Below are positions 11,929 to 28,284 of a stretch of 64,000 nt of DNA, piece by piece (within the stretch, counting starts at the first letter, position 1; every line of letters begins with the position of its first letter). Source of the stretch: Guillardia theta CCMP2712. Taxonomy: Eukaryota; Protista; Cryptophyta. The position numbers were made by a program, and so were the translations under genes. The stretch covers positions 62,001 to 126,000 of the forward strand of contig NW_005434566.1 in the NCBI RefSeq assembly GCF_000315625.1, given 5' to 3'. Under the pieces are notes generated by a model, which worked only from the letters and a program-made list of their open reading frames with translations, did not search any database and was not told where the DNA came from.

Positions 11929-13666
11929 GCCTCACTCTGAGACTCGAAGACTCGAGGCCTTATTTTAAGGCGGGGCATGTAGGGGATGCGGTCAAATCCG
12001 ATCGCTATGGAGGATGAGGCGCAAAGAAATTGGAGGCGAAGGCGAAGCCGCGANNNNNNNNNNNNNNNNNNNNNNNNNNNNNNNNNNNNNNNNNNNNNNN
12101 NNNNNNNNNNNNNNNNNNNNNNNNNNNNNNNNNNNNNNNNNNNNNNNNNNNNNGGGGGGGGGGGGGGGCGGGGAGCATCGCAAGAATCATGAGGGCTATC
12201 AAGCATGAAGCTGAGTGACGTGGTCCTCCTCGACGTAGAGAGTACTCTTCCAGCTGGTTCGTCCTAGAGGGAGGGAGAGGGAGGGAGAGGGAGGGGGAGG
12301 AGGATCGTTGACTTCGTATTACAGTGGGGCAAGAGGCTCTGCGTGCTTCAAGGTTGAAAGTCTTTGTCGCTTGTATCACTTCTCCTCACTCTCCCTCAGA
12401 TTCTCTCAATCCTCAAGTTCGTCGCGGTTGTTTGATCGTCTTTGCTGCCGATCATGGATGCGCCCTACCGATCGAACAGGTGGAGGGGGGGGGAGAGAGA
12501 GGGGAGGAAGGAGGGAGGGGTGAGGGGGTGAGGGATGGAAAGTCAGGGAGGGTCAGGGAGGGTAAGGGAGACGAGCCCTCGTGCTGACTGCCAGCAGGGA
12601 GGAGAGGCTTGCTCTGCCTTCCCGTCTGTGGTGACCCCCTCCATCGCCAAGGTCAGACCACCTCCTGCTCCCCATGCGCCTCCTCCTGCTCCTCACTGAG
12701 AGTGATAGGCTCTCGCTCATGGAAGCGCCGCCGGATCAGTGTTGGCTCGAACCGTAAGATAAAGGAGGAGATGGTCCCAGAAGGAGGGCAGGCGGGTGGG
12801 GAAGTGTTGTGGTTTGCCAAGAGGAGGAGTTCCCGTCTGACTCTCCGGGCTCAAGACAGGGATGGAGGTTCAGGTCGTTGACGTTGGGATCGCGTGCGGT
12901 GAGGGAGATATTTGATTCTCCTGCCCCCTGTGACATCCGTCAGATCTCGACACACCTGGACTGATCCGAGACAAGTCGATGAGGTAGCCAGTTTCCTCCT
13001 CCTCGTCCTCCTCGTCCTCCTCGTCCTCCTCGTCCTCCTCGTCCTCCTCGTCCTCCTCGTCCTCGTCCTTCTCCTCCTTCCTTCTCCCACCCCCTCTCCT
13101 TCTCCTGCTGTTTCACCAGCAATCCCCTGCATCGTCCCTCCTCGGCTCCTCAGCTGCGGACAGGGGCACAAGCAACTTCACCGCTGGTCCCGCCATGAGC
13201 ATGGAGCAGATGGACTTCGCGCTTCAAGCTGGGATGCGAGCTGTCGACCGAGCTGGAGACGTGCAGGCCATCGCAGGTGCAGCTTGAGTAAAACTGACAG
13301 TCAGCCTGCTTACACTGCTCTTCCCCTCCTCTCTTCCATCCTCCTTCTCTACCCATCAGTTGGTGAGCTCGGCATCGGCAACACAACCACAGCAGCTGCG
13401 ATTGTCTCGGCATTCTCTGGATCAGACCCACAGAAGACGTGCGGAAAAGGGACGGGGCTAGACGCAGGTGTGATGACGATACTGTCAAAGGTGGCGGTGG
13501 TGATGATGATGATGAGTGGAATTTTGGTTCGGGTAGTGATGTAGACAACGGCGTTATGAGAGTTTCTCAGACGGAGTAGCGAGGAAGGTCACGATCGTAA
13601 GGAGAGCACTGGAAGCGAATCAGGTATGAACCTTGTCGCACGTTGATCTTCCTCATTCTCCGCACC

Positions 13667-13759
<93 letters not shown>

Positions 13760-14959
13760 ATTTTCTGCTTTTCGCCAGGTAGCTCTGGATGCATATAAGA
13801 AAATTCTCGCGCAAGCAGGACAAGACCCGCAAGAGGTGCACCAGTTCTCCTCTTATCCTCTTTCTCCTATCCTCTTTCTCCTATCCTCTTTCTCCTATCC
13901 TCTTTCTCCTATCCTCTTTCTCCTATCCTCTTTCTCCTATCCTCTTTCTCTCCCCCCCCTACGTCTCTTCTCATCCTCCTCCAGCTCAAGCGTCAGGCTC
14001 TTCACGTCCTCGCTGCTCTCGGAGGTCTCGAGCTCGCTGCAATTGTGGGAGCAATTTTCAGGTGACCAGCCTCCTCCCCGCCCCTTTTCGACCCTCCCAG
14101 GGCTCAAGGAGGCGCAGGGCGCGCGAGAAGAAGATTGCGGTGCTCGTCGACGGCTTTATCTCCTCGGCTGCTGCCCTTGCGGCCGTGCATGCGGACCCTG
14201 ACGTGTCGGAGGTACTCGATGCTGCTACTGATGCTGCTCCACCCCTCGTTTACCCTCCTGCTACTGATGCTGCTCCACCCCTCGTTTACCCTCCTGCTAC
14301 TGATGCTGCTCCACCCCTCGTTTACCCTCCTGCTGCTGATGCTGCTCCACCCCTCGTTTACCCTCCTGCTGCTGATGCTGCTCCACCCCTCCTATACCCT
14401 CCTGCTACTGATGCTGCTCCACCCCTCGTTTACTCTTCTGCTACTGATGCTGCTCCACCCCTCGTTTACCCTCCTGCTACTGATGCTGCTCCACCCCTCC
14501 TTACCTCTTCTGCTTCAGGCGATTTTCCTCGCGACTCGCTCAGCCGAGGTCGGACATGAAAGTGAGACACTCCCGTTCCTGCTCCTCCTACTCATCGCCC
14601 TCGTGCTCGTCTTCCTCTCACTCATGGCTGCTCTAGTTGCTATTGAGGCTCTCCGAGCTCGCAGCACACACACTCCTCCCCCGCCAGTCCTCGACATGCA
14701 GGTGATGATTTCCTCCTTCTGTCATCTCCTCGTCCTGTGATCTGCTCGTCCTCTCATCCACCTCCTCCTCTCGTCCGCCTTCCCTCCTTCACTTGTTCGT
14801 GCAGCTTGCTTTGGGTGAAGGCACAGGAGCCGTGCTCGCCTATCCGATCCTGCGAGGTGAGGAGAGGAGGGCGAGCGGGCAAAGAGACTGAGAGGCCATC
14901 CAGGAGCAGCAGACATTGTGCGAGAAATGATCTCGTTGGAGGACGCGATGAAGTTGTAG
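11929..14959 (+). CDS. cobT: Nicotinate-nucleotide:dimethylbenzimidazole phosphoribosyltransferase (multi-exon, spans gap, start uncertain)
   Basis: Exons give KAKP…, LIVFAADHG, SAFPSVVT, GTSNFTAGPAMS, VGELGIGNTTTAAAI, GKGTGLD, LGGLELAAIVG, VLVDGFISSAAAL, TRSAEVGH and LALGEGTGAVLAYPILR, ending …EDAMKL*. This is the full ordered CobT motif set. Confidence 0.93.
14219..14510. repeat. 36-bp minisatellite filling a cobT intron (~8 copies)
   Basis: Unit CTACTGATGCTGCTCCACCCCTCGTTTACCCTCCTG. Confidence 0.9.
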
Positions 14960-15145
14960 GAGGAGAAACAAGTCACATGCATTCTTATGAAGTTGTAGGA
15001 GGAGAAACAAGTCACATGCATTCTTATGAAGTTGTAGGAGGAGAAACAAGTCACATGCATTCTTATGAAGTTGTAGGAGGAGAAACAAGTCACATGCATT
15101 CTTATGAAGTTGTAGGAGGAGAAACAAGTCACATGCATTCTTATG
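14948..15145 (+). repeat. 39-bp tandem repeat x5 containing the cobT stop codon
   Basis: Unit ATGAAGTTGTAGGAGGAGAAACAAGTCACATGCATTCTT. Confidence 0.92.
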
Positions 15146-15159
15146 CCGCTGTTAAAGGA

Positions 15160-15800
15160 CTACAACAACTGGTTTACCGGACGAGCCTGATTGCTTGACG
15201 TGAGAGGCGAAGGCTAATTGAGACACAAAGTACAAGGAGAGGAGGAAAAGAGGAGGACAAGGAGGACACAAGGGACTGGGACAGCTCACCACACGCCCTG
15301 GCTGCGGTTCAAAACTGCATCGCTCTCGGGGTCATAAGTCTTGTAGCCTCCAGCGGTCTGAATCGGCTGTTGCATCGGCCAGCTGCCTTCAAATCACCAA
15401 CCAGAAGCTTCCTCCTCCTCCTCCTCCTCCTTGCATCCCGTTGCCTTTCCCCATTCCACTTGATCCTCCCCATGATCCTCCTTGCAGTCTCTCCTCTCCT
15501 CTCCTCCCTTACCCATCCCTCTGGCCAGATCCCATAGCGACGCAGTTGCTCCCAAGCTCAGACTGGCAGATAGGGTTCTCCGTGTAGTTCTTCACCGGCG
15601 CCTGCCTGCAATTCAACAAACCACAACCTTGCTCCTCCACGCCTTCACTACTTGTTTTTCCCTCCCTTGCCTCCTTCCCTCCCTCCCTCCCTCCCTCCCT
15701 CCCTCTCTCATTTTCACCCCCATCATCCTCCTACCATCGGTGAATAGTAGAAGAGAGCAAGGGGGCGGACGAATTGCTGCAATCGTAAGGATCAGCGCAT
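15160..15800 (-). CDS. Small hypothetical multi-exon gene
   Basis: GT-AG bounded open exons, e.g. APVKNYTENPICQSELGSNCVAMGSGQRD / SWPMQQPIQTAGGYKTYDPESDAVLNRSQGVW. No homology recognised; ends uncertain. Confidence 0.35.
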
Positions 15801-15834
15801 GAAGCAGAACGAATGAGAGCAAGGGGAAGACAAT

Positions 15835-15918
15835 GGCATGACATGTTCTCAAACATCTGGCATGACATGTTCTCAAACATCTGGCATGACATGTTCTCGA
15901 ACATCTGGCATGACATGT
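15835..15918. repeat. 24-bp tandem repeat (GGCATGACATGTTCTCAAACATCT) x3.5
   Basis: Directly visible. Confidence 0.85.
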
Positions 15919-16515
15919 TTGGCTTTTCTCCTCATCGCCTCTTCTTCCTCCATGTCGCCTCACCATTCTGGGCGACTTTTCGGGTGACGGTTACATTCGG
16001 CATAACCGAATATTACTGAGAGGCTGCCGTCAGTTTCGGTGGCCGGGCGGCCCGGAGTCCTTGAGTAACGTTTTATAACGGAAATTATTGCTGGCATTAA
16101 CCCCATACATCCCTGGACTACCCCCTCTTTTACCAACCAGTACCCCCCATTTTCACAAGTTACTACCCTCCATGCCATGTATCACCCCCACATCATCCAC
16201 CACTTGACACCACTACCCCTGGCTTTGATAGTTCATTTTGAGGGTGGGGTATGCGAATCCTGGTGGGTGGAGCTGGTCATCACAGGGGTGGGTGGACCAG
16301 GGTAGAAATGGGAGCGGTCAGCAAATAAGAGAAGGGGGTGGGTAGGGTGCGTATGATGTTGGGGTACCATGTGGATACGTATGGGGTCATACCTGACCTA
16401 TATGGGGTGGAGTCATTTGGGGTAGGGTATGCAGGAACAGAATAGGGTGGGGTGGGGAACAGACCCGGGTGGGGTATTTTTGTGACACGTAAAGGGTTGG
16501 ATCTCGTTAATCGCC

Positions 16516-17564
16516 ATGCTCAGAGCCGCCGCCACTGTCGCCTGCATTGCCAGCGCCGCCGCCTTCTCCACCCCAGCGCTGGTGAGGATGGAGGAGATGT
16601 ATCGGTAGAAGAGGAAGAAGAATGAAAAGCAAGTGTTGAGCTAGAAGAGAGGAAAGTGTCGTAGAACATCGTCCGCACTGAAAAAGGGAACAATACCCAG
16701 TCAGGTAGATAGTGACGCGATGCAAAATTGAATGGAGAAGCTTGCAAATTGTTGTATCAGTGCAAAGAATCCCTTTTATCCCAAGATTATACCAGGAACT
16801 CATGGTTAGATTTCTTGTTGGCTGTGTGACTAAGATGTGGTTTGGATTCAATTTGTTCGGTCACATTGAATTCGGGTAGATTCGCATCTACTTGCGAGTG
16901 TGATATAACGTTTGTGAGTGTTTGTGTAGTTCATTTGGTCTTGTTCATTTTAGGACAGGTAGGTCTAGAAGAGTCGATCATTAGAGATGTATTGCGTGCA
17001 GCGAAGCATTTCTTTCATGCTGAATCCACGAATTGAGATTTTTTGTACTTTTGTCTGGGATAGAGTCATAGGGACGGAGGTAGAAGGAAGAAACAAGGGG
17101 AATGCGGAGAATAACTCCGATCTCTTGCATTAACTCGTATCTCTTCAGTCTGGACTCCGCATGTCCATGGACAGGCGCGATGTGATCAAGGCTGGATCCG
17201 CCGCTGCTGCTGTCGCTCCCTTCGTTGGAGCCAAGGCTGCCGGCGCTGCCTCCAAGACCATGCCAGCTGACGGATATGCTCCCGTGATCACCGTCTTCGA
17301 TCACCGTGGCTGCACTCGTGCCCCCAAGGTTGGTCCAGATGGATCGCTGGAGATGCTCGGCTGACACGACGCAGGAATACAACGGCCCCAAGTCCAACGA
17401 CATGGAGGATGGCATGTTGGTCAAGGTCGAGAGCATCAAGTGCAAGGTTACCGAGTCCTACGCTGCCTCTCTCCTCCAGGAGCAGGTGAGAATTGAGAAC
17501 TGGGTAATTGCTCGAAGAATCTGATTTGCGATTTCAGCTCGGATACATCAACGACAAGGCCTAA
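16516..17564 (+). CDS. cpeA: Cryptophyte phycoerythrin/phycobiliprotein alpha subunit precursor (4 exons)
   Basis: MLRAAATVACIASAAA-FSTPAL (signal + F) / SGLRMSMDRRDVIKAGSAAAAVAPFVGAKAAGA (twin-Arg lumenal peptide, AxA) + ASKTMPADGYAPVITVFDHRGCTRAPK / EYNGPKSNDMEDGMLVKVESIKCKVTESYAASLLQEQ / LGYINDKA*. FDHRGC is the bilin-binding motif. Confidence 0.96.
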
Positions 17565-17737
17565 ATAGATGTCTTCCATACGAAATAAATCTCCAAAGTC
17601 AGCATGTCCTGCTCACACGTTGTTGTCCTCACCATGGTGGTACAGCGTATGCAGAGAGCGAGAGATGTTCGGAATCATAGATTTATCTAGTGCATGAAGT
17701 TAAGGGGACAGATGTTCTCTGACGAAAAACGTTTCGG

Positions 17738-18947
17738 TCATAGTCCAATGGATTTAGTCGTAACGAATGCGGAAGTACTGGACCTCACCGTTGTTAAGAT
17801 CCCTGTACCAGCAAGTCAGCATAACAGTCCCCACAGCTTCTCAGCAGCTCTACCTGCAGGTCATAATGTCGAACTCTCCAACAATACCACGAGGAACGTG
17901 GCCAGTCTGGACCTGAGACTTTCCAGTGTAGATCTTCTTGAATCCAGTGTAGATGGTGTTTCCAGTGAAGTCTCCAGCGAGGTTGCGGTACCTGAGACAC
18001 CAACGTGACCAGGTGGCTAGACAACTGCATTTCTCACCCTCTGAGGGTGCAGCGCATGTTATGGTTCAACTTCCCGTACACCCGGAGGTAGAAAGACTCC
18101 CCAGCGCGTGACTTCCTCACAGTGAAGGAGCCGCGGGTCTGAAGAAATTCAGATCAGCCATGGCCTTGTCATCATTAGTCTTTAGCACCTCAAATCCCTT
18201 CTCGGTGAGCATGGAAGGAGCGAATCCAATGTTTGGCAAGCGAGCGACGATGGCAGAAGCACCTTCATCGCATATCGTTCAGCACGCTAGCGGCGCATCG
18301 CAGCAGATGCTACCGTTGAAGTCAGGGGGTCCTGGAACTGGGGCAACAACAGTGGGGGGGACGTTTTCGAGGATTCCGCCCTCAGGGTTTCCAGCAACGT
18401 CCTCCTGGCCTCCACGAACGACGAGAGACTGTCTGCGAGCCTTCATCTCACGAGCCTCCTGATCCCACGAAGAACTTCAGCTTTGACAGCAATCAAGTGA
18501 CAAGAAGGGCCTGCCAACCTGAGCATTGAGATTCATCAGAGTGACGGAGCCATCAGGGTCTTCAAAGTCCTGAAGTATATCGTTACCCTGGACAGAACAT
18601 CCCCGGCAATGTCAACCTGTCTGGCTACAAGTGCGATCACGCCAACCAAAAGGAGCGCTGACGCCGCAGCTAATTCACAAGTCAAAGATTGAAAGACTCC
18701 AGCTGTACAGGTTACCGATTCCAATCAGGAAGCTTGAAGATCGCTTTTTCGGAGATTCCTAAAAGAAACAATTAAAACATGCGAGATGACTTGTCACCGA
18801 TTCATCAACATCAAACGAGATTGCTTCCAGAGGAATACATGCTTTCAACACCCTCGTTTGCATACAACCACGAGACATGCTTAATGTCAACGAATATATG
18901 GTAAATGAAAATCTGAAACACTTTGAGCTATTTCCTTTCATCATCAT
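17738..18947 (-). CDS. Hypothetical single-pass membrane protein with short introns (start uncertain)
   Basis: Exons include ESPKKRSSSFLIGI/AAASALLLVGVIALVA (TM) and a Cys-containing domain (PPHCCCPSSRTP; RCTLRG), ending TTKSIGL*. Confidence 0.55.
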
Positions 18948-19937
18948 ATGCTGACAGTTTCAAACAATACACCGACATGTGTAGCGATCATTTCCAAGTC
19001 TTGACATATAATCACAAAAATCAAAGAAATGGTGCTTGATTCGACAGATCGACCCTAAAAGGATTCCTACATTGCAATACATAAAACCTCAACTTGATTT
19101 CAAAATCAAACGATGATAAAACTTATCAAGCATGTCGCAAAGCAACGACACATTGTCATGCATAATAAAGCGCTGGCGAAGCATGGAAGAGGGTTGTAAG
19201 GGACAGGTTGAAGGGAGACAAAAGAAAGGCAAGACAGGAGCAGAGAAGAAAACAGAGGGCAAGATGGAGGAGGAAGAACAGAGACGGTGACGATGACGAG
19301 GAGGAGGACGATGAGGGGGAGGAGCTACCGCAGCATGTGGGAGGGACCCATAGGAGACGATCGCCATGGCCCCTGACTCTTCGGGAACAGGCAGACGTTA
19401 CTTTCCGTTATATCCGTTTCAAGAATTTATAGGCAGCAACACCGTTATAATCCGTTGTATTATCGTTACATTTGATCGACGACGGTTATATGAGTGCTCT
19501 TTCCTTTTCGGGAAAGTTTGGGGAGAGGGATGGCGATAAGACAAGGAGAGGAAAGGAAAGGAGACGCGAAGACAACGAGGGGGGAGAAGAGAACTGCAGT
19601 CAGTAGAAGACCTGCTTGTTGCAAGTAGTGAACAAGTTGCTCTACTCATAGAGTGAATGACACTTATGGGGTATTGTAGTTTTGAGTTCTAGCGAGGTCT
19701 TGACGACAAGGAATAACTTCGATCAGAGGGAAGTTGTCGTTGGTGACAAGCAGCCCCCATGGAAGAGACGATGAGTGGGAGGCGACGAGAGGATGAGAGT
19801 TTAGGGTTAAGGAATGACGTAACCCGAATGACAAGAAATGGCTAGAGGGGATGTGGGAAGAGCACGAGCACGTAAAGGAGGAGGAGGAGGGGATGTATGT
19901 GATACCTGTTTGACGTGTTGGTGTTGGGTTGGATCAG

Positions 19938-24735
<4,798 letters not shown>

Positions 24736-24920
24736 CGAGAAGTTAAGAGAGCTGTAGAGACTGAGAGCAGTAGAAACAGATCGTCATGATTGTATTATAG
24801 CAAATCATCCTGCCCTATCTTAATTATCTTCGTCTTCCTCCTCCTCCTCCTTTCCTCCTCCTCCTTTCCTCCTCCTCTCCTCATTCCGCTGCTTCTCTTC
24901 CCCTTTCCTTCCTCCTGTCA

Positions 24921-27900
24921 CTAACTTGCCGTTCTGTTCTTGGGCGAGTCGGTTGCCTTGGAAAAATATCTGACGGCCTTGTTGGCGACGCTCGAGAATC
25001 CGTCCCTGAGATCAAACGTGAAAGAGGGAGGAAGGGAGGAGAGGAGAGGAGAGGAGAGGAGAGGAGAGGAGAGGAGAGGAGAGGAGAGGAGAGGAGAGGA
25101 GAGGAGAGGAGAGGAGAGGAGAGGAGAGGAGAGGAGAGGAGAGGAGAGGAGAGGAGAGGAGAGGAGAGGAGAGGAGAGGAGAGGAGAGGACCCCGCGAGG
25201 AGAGGAGAGGAGAGGAGAGGAGAGGAGAGGAGAGGAGAGGTGATTTTGAGGAGAGGAGAGGATGGGGTTTAGCGCTCTTTGTCGGGGGGGGGGGGGTGNN
25301 NNNNNNNNNNNNNNNNNNNNNNNNNNNNNNNNNNNNNNNNNNNNNNNNNNNNNNNNNNNNNNNNNNNNNNNNNNNNNNNNNNNNNNNNNNNNNNNNNNNN
25401 NNNNNNNNNNNNNNNNNNNNNNNNNNNNNNNNNNNNNNNNNNNNNNNNNNNNNNNNNNNNNNNNNNNNNNNNNNNNNNNNNNNNNNNNNNNNNNNNNNNN
25501 NNNNNNNNNNNNNNNNNNNNNNNNNNNNNNNNNNNNNNNNNNNNNNNNNNNNNNNNNNNNNNNNNNNNNNNNNNNNNNNNNNNNNNNNNNNNNNNNNNNN
25601 NNNNNNNNNNNNNNNNNNNNNNNNNNNNNNNNNNNNNNNNNNNNNNNNNNNNNNNNNNNNNNNNNNNNNNNNNNNNNNNNNNNNNNNNNNNNNNNNNNNN
25701 NNNNNNNNNNNNNNNNNNNNNNNNNNNNNNNNNNNNNNNNNNNNNNNNNNNNNNNNNNNNNNNNNNNNNNNNNNNNNNNNNNNNNNNNNNNNNNNNNNNN
25801 NNNNNNNNNNNNNNNNNNNNNNNNNNNNNNNNNNNNNNNNNNNNNNNNNNNNNNNNNNNNNNNNNNNNNNNNNNNNNNNNNNNNNNNNNNNNNNNNNNNN
25901 NNNNNNNNNNNNNNNNNNNNNNNNNNNNNNNNNNNNNNNNNNNNNNNNNNNNNNNNNNNNNNNNNNNNNNNNNNNNNNNNNNNNNNNNNNNNNNNNNNNN
26001 NNNNNNNNNNNNNNNNNNNNNNNNNNNNNNNNNNNNNNNNNNNNNNNNNNNNNNNNNNNNNNNNNNNNNNNNNNNNNNNNNNNNNNNNNNNNNNNNNNNN
26101 NNNNNNNNNNNNNNNNNNNNNNNNNNNNNNNNNNNNNNNNNNNNNNNNNNNNNNNNNNNNNNNNNNNNNNNNNNNNNNNNNNNNNNNNNNNNNNNNNNNN
26201 NNNNNNNNNNNNNNNNNNNNNNNNNNNNNNNNNNNNNNNNNNNNNNNNNNNNNNNNNNNNNNNNNNNNNNNNNNNNNNNNNNNNNNNNNNNNNNNGGGAG
26301 GGAGGGAGGGAGGGAGGGAGGGGAGGGGGTAAGGGGAGGGGTCGGGGTCTCACCGATGAACAATCTTAAGAGAGTGAATGTATTCCAGAGCCTGCATGAG
26401 TTGCGACATGATACCGAGAGCATCTCGTTCCGAGAAGTGCCCTGAAGTATCATCAGCACATCAAGTCAAGTCAGCACACGCATGATCAGCACATCAAGTC
26501 AAGTCAGCACATGTATGATCAGCACATCAAGTCAAGTCAGCACATGTATGATCAGCACATCAAGTCAAGTCAGCACATGTATGATCAGCACATCAAGTCA
26601 CTTCTTGTCATCACCAGCAGCTGCATGTATGCTCACCTTTCTGAGAGTCGATGATACAATCCAGCAGAGCCCCACCTGGCAGGAGTTCGAGGACGATGTA
26701 GAGGCTGCAGGTGAAGTTTCAAACTTCACAGCCCCGGCAGCTCCCAAGTTTCAAAGTTTCAGAGTTGTGAAACTTACTGGCTGTGCGTCTCGACAAACTC
26801 GCGCATGAAGACGATGTTTGGATGTTCTCCAACCCTTCGCTGTATCTCGATCTCCTCCTGCTCCCCGTCACCCCCACAAGAACGCGCTCCAACAACCATT
26901 TTACCCTGATGTCCTCCTGCCCCTTGGCATTCAGCCCGTCCTTGTTGATTTCTTTGAGCTGCCATCACCTCAACTCTCCTCCTCTTCCTCCTTCGCCCTC
27001 CTCTTCCTCCTCCTTACCGCCCATGCCTTCCCCGTGTTTCGATCGATGCCTTTCCAGACGGTGGAAAACGAACTGCGACGGCAGCATCATCGAGGAGGAG
27101 AGAGGAGAGCGGCGGGTCACCCGGATCCGAGCATAGCCCTCTGCTCGTCCCTTTCGATGATGTACCTGCGCATGCGAGTCGGCCGACTTGTTGCCCATCC
27201 TCAGCGCTCACCCGTTGTCTATGTTGCTATGCACAGCCACCCATTGCAAATCTCGTATCCAAGCTTCGCGCTCCTCATTCGACTCCGCGTAAAACACATG
27301 CTGCAGTTACCAATCACCTCCCCCCTCCCTCCTCCCCTCCTCCTCCTCCTCCCCCCCTCCTCCTTCTCCTCCTCCTCCTCCCCTCCTCCTCCTCCTCCCC
27401 CTCCTCCTCCTCCCCCTCCTCCTCCTTTCATAGTACGTACAAGTCTCAACTCTTCATCTGCTTGTAACTTGGATCCTTCACGCACGCGGGTATCGATGCT
27501 GAGAGGCATGCAAGAAGAGGTAGCAGAATCAGTCAACATCCATGCTCTCAACCCGCAAGCTCGACTGCTCCCACTTCTCCACCGCCTCCTCCTGCTCACC
27601 CTATGGCATACGCTGGTCCTCCTTTCGCCAAGAGATCGTCGTCGGTAAGCAGCGCGTTGATCTCAACTCTGAGCGTCAGGCACGTCAGTGTGCAGCTGCG
27701 GGTCGGCTCGTGGACCTCTCCAACGAGATAGCCGTGCTCTTTTCTGTCGTCGTGTCCTCCGTGTGATAGCAGAAGAGAATGGCCGTGTGCCCCTGGGGAT
27801 CAGCATCACGACAGTCGCTACCGGAATCACCAAGGCCTCGAGCGGTCACCAGCTCATCCCATCCTATCTTGCACCACCTTCGGGTCCACATCTTGAGTCG

Positions 27901-28019
27901 CCTTCCTTTCTTCCTCAGCCAGCCTTTCCAGAAGATTGAGAACATAACTTGATGCAATGGTGAAACAAACCTTCTCTGCTGGGAGGATCGTTCTGAATCT
28001 TGAAGTGTGGAAGAACCAT
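24921..28019 (-). CDS. PH-domain-containing CAMK-group Ser/Thr protein kinase (spans gap)
   Basis: PH: REGWLRKKGRRLKMWTRRWC … FYAESNEEREAWIRDLQ. Kinase: LGSGSFSTVWKG, LKEINK, EIEIQRRVGEHPNIV, LYIVLELLPGGALLD, FSERDA…ALEYIHSLKIVHR. The C-lobe falls in the N-gap. Confidence 0.85.
26449..26600. repeat. 33-bp intronic minisatellite (~4.5 copies)
   Basis: Unit ATGATCAGCACATCAAGTCAAGTCAGCACATGT. Confidence 0.88.
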
Positions 28020-28284
28020 AGCTCTTTTATCTTGAGTCGTCCTCCTCTTCTTCACTTCCTCTTCCTCTTCTTCACTTCCTCTTCCTCTTCTTCACTTCCT
28101 CTTCCTCTTCTTCACTTCCTCCACTTCCACTTCCTCTTCCTCTACGTTCTACCCACTGATTTCTCTTCTTCCTCCTTCCTCTCTCCTATCTTCTTTCTTC
28201 TTCTCCTCTCTTGCCCTCTTCCCTTCAGCTCTTCACCATTTTCGAGTTCCTTCACTCATCCCCCTCAGCCTCATGCTGTTGAAT

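Noticed and set aside
11929-14959. Bacterial contamination or a B12 operon/riboswitch
   Set aside because: cobT has host-type spliceosomal introns, and no other cob gene or recognisable riboswitch was seen in the window.
15160-15960. Divergent partner cpeA gene
   Set aside because: No FDxRGC-like motif or plastid presequence found on the minus strand.
24881-26459. Long ORFs containing X runs (also 4521-5538 and 35136-36118)
   Set aside because: Artefacts of N-gaps.
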